From Myxococcota bacterium (GTDB lineage Bacteria > Myxococcota_A > UBA9160 > SZUA-336): a stretch of 64,000 nucleotides of DNA. Where the stretch lies: assembly GCA_965247115.1 (NCBI GenBank), contig CBDFGR010000002.1, forward strand, positions 1,024,001-1,088,000. The letters run 5' to 3'. Every line of letters begins with the position of its first letter. The stretch's first letter is position 1. Positions 29,848 through 39,303 of this stretch are shown here, one piece after another. A model generated the notes under the pieces. It searched no databases. It had not been told where the DNA came from and worked only from the letters and a program-made list of their open reading frames with translations. A program made the position numbers and the translations under genes.

Positions 29848-30450
29848 CTAGTAGTTTCGCAGCAGCCCGATCACCACGCCCTGAACCTCGACGTCCTCAG
29901 CCGCGAGCTCCAGCGGCTGTAGCCTCTCGTTCGCCGGGACGAGCCTGATCTTGCCTCCATCTCGGTAGAGCCGCTTGAGAGTACACTCCTCTCGACGGAT
30001 CAGCGCAACCACGGTCTCCCCGTCGCGCGGAATCTGCCTTGACTCCAGCACGACGACATCGCCGTCGAGAATGTGATCCTCGATCATCGAGTCGCCGCGG
30101 ACGCGCAGCGCAAAGCACGCCTTGTTGCCGACGATCTCCGGCGGGACCACGATGCGGTCCGGAGTGGAGACAGCCTCGATGGGCGCGCCCGCCGCGACAA
30201 GGCCGAGCAGCGGCACCTCGACGCTCTCCGGAGGCGCTGAGCGATCGACGATCTCGATAGAACGGCTGCGATTCCAGGCCTTCCGGAGCAATCCCTTCTG
30301 GACCAGGTTCTGGACGTGCTTGTGCACGGTTGCGACCGACGAGAGGTCGAACTCCTCGCCGATCTCCTCCAGGCTCGGCGCGTATCCCTCGCGGCCGAGG
30401 TAGGAGCAGATGTAGTCGAAGATCTCCTTCTGCCGTTTGGTCAGATGCAT
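29848..30450 (-). CDS. lexA: SOS repressor LexA
   Basis: ATG at 30450; LTKRQKE wHTH, VAAGAP cleavage site, GDSM, TLKR. Confidence 0.95.
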   Translation of the reverse strand: MHLTKRQKEIFDYICSYLGREGYAPSLEEIGEEFDLSSVATVHKHVQNLVQKGLLRKAWNRSRSIEIVDRSAPPESVEVPLLGLVAAGAPIEAVSTPDRIVVPPEIVGNKACFALRVRGDSMIEDHILDGDVVVLESRQIPRDGETVVALIRREECTLKRLYRDGGKIRLVPANERLQPLELAAEDVEVQGVVIGLLRNY

Positions 30451-30535
30451 TGCTCTTCCCCCCCGAGACCCGTACTCCCCGACAGGGCGGCCAGGAAGCC
30501 AATGGAGCCCGCCCATACCCAACTACGTCAACTAG

Positions 30536-30564
30536 ACATTATTCGAAGAAAGAGCGAAAATCAA
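30536..30564 (-). promoter_or_regulatory. Putative lexA promoter with a TTCG-N7-TTCG direct repeat (candidate LexA operator)
   Basis: Minus strand TTGATT-N17-TAATGT; the spacer contains TTCG-CTCTTTC-TTCG (30544-30558). Confidence 0.45.
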
Positions 30565-30565
30565 C

Positions 30566-30779
30566 CTGGGCAACCCGCAAGCGCCGCGTAGCGGCGCGCG
30601 CAGCGAAGGCCGTAGGCCTGAGCGAAGGTGGGTGGCCGCGAGCCGCGCCGAAGGCGCGGTGCGCAGTGAGGCGATAGCCGAACGAAGAGCGGGTGGCCGT
30701 CAGCGGCCCGCGGGTCGCTGACCCGCGGGAGGACCGCTCGCGCGCCGGGGAAGTGCCGCGCGCGGCCGGGTCCCACAGG
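30566..30779 (+). repeat. Structured repeat element, copy 5 (expanded by a ~120-bp internal hairpin-rich insert)
   Basis: Core GCGCAGCGAAGGCCGTAGGCCTGAGCG at ~30598-30624; ends CGCGGCCGGGTCCCACAGG. Confidence 0.85.
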
Positions 30780-30788
30780 AAGATAAAG

Positions 30789-30816
30789 TTGACAGCGCCG
30801 GATGCCGCCCTATCGT
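30789..30816 (+). promoter_or_regulatory. sigma70 promoter of groESL
   Basis: TTGACA-N16-TATCGT just upstream of CIRCE. Confidence 0.65.
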
Positions 30817-30826
30817 GGCACGAGCG

Positions 30827-30853
30827 TTGGCACTCGCGAGTGGAGAGTGCCAG
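30827..30853 (+). promoter_or_regulatory. CIRCE element (HrcA operator)
   Basis: TTGGCACTC-N9-GAGTGCCAG versus consensus TTAGCACTC-N9-GAGTGCTAA; upstream of groES; hrcA is encoded in this window. Confidence 0.9.
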
Positions 30854-30918
30854 TGAGCTCGCAGACACGCCGTGACGCTGCTCGATACAGCCTCGGTGTA
30901 GCAAGGGAGACGCAACTG

Positions 30919-32854
<1,936 letters not shown>

Positions 32855-32865
32855 AGAAGCCTCGC

Positions 32866-32902
32866 GCGACCTGCCCCGGGTACGAGACCCGGGGCGGGTC
32901 GC
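32866..32902. terminator. GC-rich hairpin between the convergent groEL and histone genes
   Basis: GCGACCTGCCCCGGGT-acgag-ACCCGGGGCGGGTCGC; no clear U tract. Confidence 0.6.
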
Positions 32903-32929
32903 CTGGCTCCTGGCAATCCTCGGACGGGC

Positions 32930-33145
32930 TCAGCCCCCGAGGAGTTCCTTTGCCTTCTGGATGTCGCCATCCATGATTGTCTTGCGCCGGTCTTTTTCGG
33001 CCAGCGCACCGGCCTCTTGAGCAAGGCGTGCGATGTACTCCTCCGCTGCGGCAACCGCAAGATTGACCGCGGAGGTCGACGAGCGCAGCTCGCCACCGTG
33101 CTTGGCTAGAAGACGTTTGACTCCAGCCGCTGGAAGTTCGGCCAT
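32930..33145 (-). CDS. Histone-fold protein resembling archaeal HMf-type histones
   Basis: MAELPAAGVKRLL...LRSS..A...EEYIARLAQEA..LAE..RRKTIMDGDIQKA; ELP start, R10/R19 equivalents and the RKT-x4-D clamp; purine-rich RBS. Confidence 0.85.
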   Translation of the reverse strand: MAELPAAGVKRLLAKHGGELRSSTSAVNLAVAAAEEYIARLAQEAGALAEKDRRKTIMDGDIQKAKELLGG

Positions 33146-33224
33146 GTGCCCCCTCTCACTCCCCCTGGATGCGGGTGTTTGTTGGCCCTAGCATTCCCCA
33201 GGCGGACCTGACGCGTCAACTCTC

Positions 33225-33340
33225 CTTGTGGGGCCCGCCCGCGGGCGGCCGCGGGCACCCACCTTCGCTCAGGGCTACGCCCTTCGCTGCGCGCGCCGCG
33301 GTCCGCGGCGCTTGCGGTTGCCAAGACCCGAGCGTCGGGT
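33225..33340 (-). repeat. Structured repeat element, copy 6 (upstream of the histone gene)
   Basis: Reverse complement contains GCAAGCGCCGCGGACCGCGGCGCGCGCAGCGAAGGGCGTAGCCCTGAGCGAAGGTGGG...CCCACAAG. Confidence 0.9.
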
Positions 33341-33398
33341 CCCAACGGTCGGTCTCAGCGGGGAGGGACTTCGCTCAAGGAGGCTCGCCCCTCCGGGA

Positions 33399-34172
33399 CT
33401 AGGGGTCCGTCTGCAGGAGGGGCTCGTGCGCTGTTTCCAGGCGGGTTATGAACTCCACCACCTCTGCGGCGACCAGCTCCCCCTCCCGATCTACAGGGAT
33501 CACGTGGCTCGAATTTTCGAGCACGCGGAGCTCCCGCTCTTCCGAGGACACTCCGGCCAGCACCTGCTCGGAGTTGGAAAGGGCTACCGAGGGATCCTGA
33601 CGGCTGTAGATCAGCTTGAGTGGTTGATCCACCCGGGCCAGATCCCGAGCCACCTCCCCTCCCAGCAGGACGAGCTGGTGCACAGCGTCGAGGGGCATGC
33701 GCTCGTAGCCAGGGTGGCGCTCCCGGGCCGCTCGGTCCAGGATGCCTGGCCGCCTGGGCACCCAGGGCAGAACCCGGCGCAGGATCGGCAGCGCGGTCCG
33801 GATCAGCCCCGAGAGCTCGAGAGGGGCCGCCATGACGATCGCCCCGGCGACCGCTCGCCGGGCCGCGAGAGCCAGCGCCAGCAGGCCTCCCATCGAGAGC
33901 CCCAGTACGTAGACCCGCTCGTGTGTGCTCGCGAGCTCGTCCCAGGTCTCGAGGCTGGCTTCGAGCCAGGCGCTGCGGTGCGTGCGCGCGAGCTCCCCGG
34001 GATCCGTGCCATGGCCCGGCAGCAACGGACCCAGACACGCGAAGCCGCGAGTCGCGAGCGCCTCGGCCGGTGGGCGGACCTCGTACGGTGTGCCGGTCAG
34101 GCCGTGCAGGCAGAGCACGGCCGGCCCGCGGCCGCCAAGCGCACCAAACCGAAACGGGCCAGCGTCGACCAT
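33399..34172 (-). CDS. Carboxylesterase / monoacylglycerol lipase-like alpha/beta hydrolase
   Basis: LHGLTGTP, LPGHG, GLSMGG nucleophile elbow, QDPSV, SSHV. Confidence 0.9.
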   Translation of the reverse strand: MVDAGPFRFGALGGRGPAVLCLHGLTGTPYEVRPPAEALATRGFACLGPLLPGHGTDPGELARTHRSAWLEASLETWDELASTHERVYVLGLSMGGLLALALAARRAVAGAIVMAAPLELSGLIRTALPILRRVLPWVPRRPGILDRAARERHPGYERMPLDAVHQLVLLGGEVARDLARVDQPLKLIYSRQDPSVALSNSEQVLAGVSSEERELRVLENSSHVIPVDREGELVAAEVVEFITRLETAHEPLLQTDP

Positions 34173-35449
34173 CACGCGCTCTCCACTTCGGCCGTCCGCT
34201 CGGCCTCGCGGTAGACCTCCTCGATCGGCACGCTGTGCTTGCGAGCGGCCCGCGCACAGTCCTCGTACTCCGCCGCCGCCGTGGCGGCCCCGCCCGGCGA
34301 GCTCGCGAGCTTCACCCGGATCCGACCGAACCGTGTCGCCACGCTGCGGGACTCGCGGGCCAGCTTCAGGCGCGGCATCTCGATGTAGCGCACGCCGATC
34401 GCACTGGACTCGAGCAGGATGCGTCGGGCGAGGGCGTCTCGATCACCCGGTCGAGCAATGACACGAAGCAGCTGGCCGGGCCGACCCTTCTTCATCGCGA
34501 GCGGTGACAGCGAGACGTCGAGAGCCCCATCCGCCAGCAGGCGCTCCATCAGGTAGGGCAGCTGCTCGGGATTCATGTCGTCCAGGTTGGTCTCGATCAC
34601 GCTGACGACATCGCGCTCGAGCGCCCCACTCACCTCGCCCAGCACCGCACGCACCACGTTCGGGAGCGGGCCTGGCCGGCGCTGTCCCGCCCCGAAGCCC
34701 TGGCCCCGAGGCACGAGAGCCGGCATGAGCCCGAAGTCGTCGCACAGCGCGGCCAGCAGCGCCGCTCCTGTCGGCGTAACGGTCTCCCACTCGACGTCGT
34801 AGGGGTACGTCGGGATCCCAATCAAGAGCTCGAGCGTGGCGGGCGCAGGCAGAGGGAGTCGGCCGTGCTCGGTCTCGACCTGTCCGCGACCGAGGGCCAC
34901 GGGCGAGCACGACAGCCGGTCCACGCCGAGGTGCTCGAGTGCGGCACAGACGCCGACGATGTCTCCGATCGCGTCCACGGCCCCCACCTCGTGAAAGTGG
35001 ACCTCGTCCGCCGCGATCGCGTGGACCTTGGCCTCCGCTTCCGCGAGCCGGCCGAAGACCCGTAGACTGCGCTCGCGAACGCGCGGCGCGAGCGCAGCTC
35101 CCGCGAGCAGGGAGCGGATCTCCGCCCAGCGCCTCTCCCGCGCGCTGCGGGCGGGCCCTCGGAAGCTGACCCAGCGTGCACCCAGTGCACCCCTCGTAAC
35201 GCGCGAGACCCGCATCGTGACGCCGCCGATCCCGAGAGACCGAACCGCGGCGCGCACGCCCCGGGCGGGAGCACCGAGATCGAGCAGCGCACCGAGGATC
35301 ATGTTGCCCGCTGCTCCGGAGAAACAGTCCAGGTGCAGAACCCTGGCAGGCTCGGACTTCGCGGCAGGCCTGCGCCCGTCGCTGCCGCGCTTGCGCCCGC
35401 TACTGGTTGATGAGCGAGGCGACGTAGGCCGCGCCGAATCCGTTGTCAA
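34172..35449 (-). CDS. larC: Nickel-pincer cofactor biosynthesis protein LarC (start codon uncertain)
   Basis: DCFSGAAGNMILGALLD, AEAKVH..VHFHEVGAVD, VTPTGAA, ETNLDD, MKKGRPG, EYEDC. Confidence 0.92.
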   Translation of the reverse strand: MTTDSARPTSPRSSTSSGRKRGSDGRRPAAKSEPARVLHLDCFSGAAGNMILGALLDLGAPARGVRAAVRSLGIGGVTMRVSRVTRGALGARWVSFRGPARSARERRWAEIRSLLAGAALAPRVRERSLRVFGRLAEAEAKVHAIAADEVHFHEVGAVDAIGDIVGVCAALEHLGVDRLSCSPVALGRGQVETEHGRLPLPAPATLELLIGIPTYPYDVEWETVTPTGAALLAALCDDFGLMPALVPRGQGFGAGQRRPGPLPNVVRAVLGEVSGALERDVVSVIETNLDDMNPEQLPYLMERLLADGALDVSLSPLAMKKGRPGQLLRVIARPGDRDALARRILLESSAIGVRYIEMPRLKLARESRSVATRFGRIRVKLASSPGGAATAAAEYEDCARAARKHSVPIEEVYREAERTAEVESA

Positions 35450-36146
35450 TGTTCACCACCGTCACGTTGGAGGCACACGAGTTCAGCATCCCGAGCAACG
35501 CAGTAACCCCGCCGAAAGACGCGCCGTACCCCACGCTGGTCGGGACGGCAATCACCGGCCGTCCGACGAGCCCCCCGATGACCGAGGGCAGGGCCCCCTC
35601 CATTCCCGCGATGGCGATCACGACCTGCGCCGAGCGGATCTGGTCGAGGTACGGGAGCAGCCGGTGCAGCCCGGCCACGCCCACGTCGTAGATGCGTTCG
35701 ACCTTGTTTCCGAACAGCTCGGCGGTCACCACGGCCTCCTCGGCAACCCGTTGATCCGAGGTCCCGGCGCTCACCACGACGATCGTCCCGCGTCCCGGGG
35801 GAGGCCCAGGTCCCTGCCGCAGCACAAGGACGTTGGCCGCGGAGTAATGCGTGAGCTGCGGAAGTCCGAGACGCACCTCGGTCGCGACCTCGGCTTCGAC
35901 GCGCGTGACGAGGACGTTGCCACCGGCCTCGATCAGCGTTTGCGCGATGCGAACGATCTGATCCGCGCTCTTGCCCAGTCCGAGCACGACCTCCGGGTAC
36001 CCGCTGCGCAGGGCCCGGTGCGTGTCGACACGCGCGTCTTCCAGCTGGCGGAAGGGCAGCTGAGCGAGCTGCTCGAGCACCTGATCGCGGGAGAGCTCGC
36101 CCCGCTCCAGGCGTTCCAGCAGGGCATGGAGTCGATCTCGATCCAT
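35400..36146 (-). CDS. larB: Nickel-pincer cofactor biosynthesis protein LarB (PurE-like)
   Basis: SAGTSD, DVGVAGLHRL, AGMEGALPSV, PTSVGYGA, VNIDNGFGAA. Confidence 0.95.
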   Translation of the reverse strand: MDRDRLHALLERLERGELSRDQVLEQLAQLPFRQLEDARVDTHRALRSGYPEVVLGLGKSADQIVRIAQTLIEAGGNVLVTRVEAEVATEVRLGLPQLTHYSAANVLVLRQGPGPPPGRGTIVVVSAGTSDQRVAEEAVVTAELFGNKVERIYDVGVAGLHRLLPYLDQIRSAQVVIAIAGMEGALPSVIGGLVGRPVIAVPTSVGYGASFGGVTALLGMLNSCASNVTVVNIDNGFGAAYVASLINQ

Positions 36147-36173
36147 GCCCGGAGGATACCGCTTCGCCGCTTG

Positions 36174-36721
36174 TTACGGCTCTCGCGGCACCCAGAGGAA
36201 GCGGATGCGTAGGGGACCGTCCCGCTCGATCAGCTCCGTCTCGTACACGATGCCCGTCTCGAAGCCACCGACGCACGCATCTTCGAGCGGCATGGCTCCG
36301 CTCCCCTCGTGATAGGCCAGGCGCGGGACGGAAGGCAGAACGAGGCCTCCCTCCAGCATGCTGAAGGCTCCGGCCGCTGCCGAGATGGCGATGTTTCCGA
36401 GCTCCCGGAGCGCCGACTGCTCGCGCTCGTTGAAGGGAGCATCCGCGCAGGAGCCGATCAGGCAGGACAGCAGATGGTCCGATGCCTCGAAGGACAGGAG
36501 CAGGCCCGCCTGGCCGACCAGCGCGCCGTGGAGGTCGGAGAACACCGCCACGACGCGGTCCTCCGCCGGGAACAGGCTCGAGAACGCCTCGCCCTTCTTG
36601 ATCTTCCTGCAACGGGGGGCGCCATGAGCAGGGTCCGATCGAGGAGGACGGAGAGCGCATTCGCGGCATGCCCCGCTCCGATACTCGTCAGCTCAGCTAG
36701 TCGATCCTCGTTGTGGTTCAT
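36174..36721 (-). pseudogene. cheC: CheC/DifG-like phosphatase, frameshifted in a C6 tract (or a sequencing error)
   Basis: N-half ELTSIGAGHAANALS (ORF 36458-36721) and C-half SALRELGNI...PSVP (ORF 36174-36551) lie in different frames; one extra C at 36614-36619 joins them. Confidence 0.8.
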
Positions 36722-38336
36722 ACGAAGCTCTCCACCAAAGACCCGGGTTCGAGCAAGAACACAGGCTGTCCATCGGGAAGGATGGCAACGCCTCCGAGCG
36801 CCTTGATACCCGCGAGGAGTGCGGGAACCTCGCGCACGAAGATTTCTAGATCCGAGACCGCGCGGTCGATCAGCAGGCCGAAGCCGAAGCCTCGCGTCTC
36901 GAAGACGAGCACGTTCGCGCTCGCTCGCGTGGGCGAGGGTCCGAGACCGATGTGCTCGGAAAGGTCGAGCAGGGGCAGCGGCTCGTCCTTGAAGACGAAG
37001 AAGGCATCAATGCCGTCGCGCTCGACCTGCGCCTCGGCCACGCTGAGCACCGACTGGAGCTGCCCGACCGGAACGACCACGCGCTCTGTCCCCACCTCGA
37101 GCACAAGCACGCGCTGCAGGGCGACCATGGTGGGAAGCTCGATCTCTGCGATCGTTCCGGCACCGGGGCGATTCACGAGCGTGACAGACCCACCGAGGCT
37201 CTCGAGGCCGCGCTTGACCGCGTCCATGCCGACGCCGCGGCCCGAGACCTCCGTAACCTCGTCGCGGGTGGAGATGCCCGGCTCGAAGATCAGCTCGCAG
37301 ATCCGCTCGGCGGGCAGGTCCTCCGCGACCATCTCGGCGACCAGCCCGCGCTCGACGGCGCGCTGCCGAACCTTCTCCAGATCGATGCCTCTGCCGTCCT
37401 CTTCGACGCGAACGTAGAGCCGTCCCGAGGACTGGGCGGCCGATAGGCGGATGGTCCCCACGGGGTCCTTTCCCACGCGTTCCCGCTCTTCGGGGGTCTC
37501 GATGCCGTGGTCCACGGAGTTCCTGACCAGGTGAAGGAGCGGCTCGTCCAGGTGATCGAGGATGGCGCGGTCCACCTCGACCTCTTCGCCGACGAGCTCG
37601 ACGCGGACGCGCTTGCCAAGCGCTCTGGCGAGGTCGTTGGCGGTGCGCGGGATCCGCTGCAGGACACGCCGCACGGAGGTGGTACGGATGTCGAGCGCCC
37701 TGCGCCGCAGCTCACGGACTACGTGTTCCATGCCGTCGAGCTCTTCGCAGAACTCTCTGTGCAGCTCCCAGACGGGAGCGTCGCGGTGGAGGGCTTCGAG
37801 GCGGGCCTGGCGCTGCATCAGCTCGCCCACCGAAGCCAGGAAGCGGTCAACAACCTCGGTCCGTACGCGGACCGATCGCGGGAGCGGAGGCGCCGATAGG
37901 TCCGTGCTTTTTTTCCGGAGTCCTCCGGGAGCGGGCACATGGGCGCAAGCGACGGCGGCTGGGCCAGCAGCTCGACCAGATCGGCGCGGGGCGGTGGCGC
38001 CTCTCCAGTGGCGTCGACCGCCGCCACCATCTGCTCGAGCCCGTGGAGGACCTTCGAGATCAGCGCGAGGGCGGAGTCATCGGGCTGGCCCCCACTCCCC
38101 CGCAGTGGCTCCATCCAGTCCTCGTAGCGATGGGAGAGCGAGGAGACGGAAGCGTAGTCGAGCGACGCAGCCATCCCCTTGATCGAGTGCGCCATGCGGA
38201 AGAGCGTATCGATCGCCTCGTCCGCTGCCTGGCGGGACGGGCCGCCCTCGAGCGCAGTCAGGGCTCCCGACATCTCGATCAAGTGATCGTTTGCCTCTTC
38301 GACGAACAGGCGTCTGTACTTCTCGAGGTCCATCAA
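36718..38336 (-). CDS. cheA: Chemotaxis histidine kinase CheA (DifE-like), split by a -1 frameshift between the Hpt and dimerization domains
   Basis: ORF 37818-38336 is the Hpt domain (FRMAHSIKGMA); ORF 36718-37938 has SVRV, HLVRNSVDHG, DGRGID, SGRGVGMD and a CheW domain. The frames join at the A7 run, 37908-37914. Confidence 0.88.
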
Positions 38337-38339
38337 CCT

Positions 38340-38717
38340 CTATCCTTCTCGAGACTTCTCCATTGCCTTCCCGACGACCTCGAGCACCTTGTCCGGCTTG
38401 AACGGCTTGACGATGAAGTCACGAGCGCCGGCCTCAAGCGCGTCCATGACCAGGGTCTCCTGGCCCAGGGCGCTACACATGACGATGCAGGCACTCGGGC
38501 TCATGCCCATGATCTCCTTCAACGCCTCCAGCCCGCTCTTGCGTGGCATCACGATGTCGAGCATCACGAGATCCGGCGTGTGCTCTTGGAAGAGCTCGAT
38601 GGCTTCGTTTCCGTCGATTGCTTCGGCCGCAATCTCGAAGCCGCCCTCCGTCAGGATGTCGCGCAACATCTCCCGCATGAAAGCGGCGTCGTCCGCGATC
38701 AGAACGCGCTTAAGCAT
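38340..38717 (-). CDS. cheY: Response regulator CheY (DifD-like)
   Basis: LIADDAAFMR, MLDIVMP, CSALGQ, FIVKPF. Confidence 0.93.
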   Translation of the reverse strand: MLKRVLIADDAAFMREMLRDILTEGGFEIAAEAIDGNEAIELFQEHTPDLVMLDIVMPRKSGLEALKEIMGMSPSACIVMCSALGQETLVMDALEAGARDFIVKPFKPDKVLEVVGKAMEKSREG

Positions 38718-39289
38718 GACTCCTGTCCTCCCTGATGAGCGCGCGACTGTGTCAGCAGCGCTGTCGCACGCTCGAGAAACCCGTCTAGATCCACGAGACC
38801 CAGCGTCCCGTTGGCCCGATGTACTTCCCGCACGAACGGGTACTCCTCGTTCACGTTCTCTTCTCTCCCCGTCCAGACCGCGCGGTCGCGATCAATCCGA
38901 GACACGTGCCCCACGCGGAGCCCAATCCTCGAGTCGCCGTGTTCCAACAGCAGAACATGGCTGTAGTGCAATCCCGCGTGACCCGGCGCCTGTCTTGCGG
39001 GTCCCGGCCCGCGGGCGGCCGCGGGCGACCCGCCTTCGCTCAGGCCTTCGGCCTTCGCTGCGCGCGCCGCTTCCGCGGCGCTTGCTTCTTGCGCCGGCTC
39101 CAGCCCGAATACGGCCCCGCCGTTCATCACGACGAGCGGCTCGCCTCGGATGTTCAGGACGCCTCCGACGTTGGGCGGCACGAGCGGGATCAGGCGGGGC
39201 TGTTGCGCCCACATCACCTCGGCGACCGCGTCCAGGGGAATCGCGAAGGATCGCTCCCCGAGATCGAACTGCAGCCAGGATGTCGCCAC
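38699..39289 (-). CDS. cheW: CheW coupling protein (DifC-like) carrying an in-frame repeat insertion
   Basis: FAIPLDAVAEV, IPLVPPNVGGVLNIRGEP, IGLRV; a ~29-aa Ala/Gly-rich insert is encoded by repeat copy 7. Confidence 0.85.
   Translation of the reverse strand: MATSWLQFDLGERSFAIPLDAVAEVMWAQQPRLIPLVPPNVGGVLNIRGEPLVVMNGGAVFGLEPAQEASAAEAARAAKAEGLSEGGSPAAARGPGPARQAPGHAGLHYSHVLLLEHGDSRIGLRVGHVSRIDRDRAVWTGREENVNEEYPFVREVHRANGTLGLVDLDGFLERATALLTQSRAHQGGQESCLSAF
38994..39085 (-). repeat. Structured repeat element, copy 7, inside the cheW coding sequence
   Basis: Reverse complement GCAAGCGCCGCGGAAGCGGCGCGCGCAGCGAAGGCCGAAGGCCTGAGCGAAGGCGGG...CCCGCAAG. Confidence 0.9.
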
Positions 39290-39303
39290 TATCGTGTTGC
39301 CTT

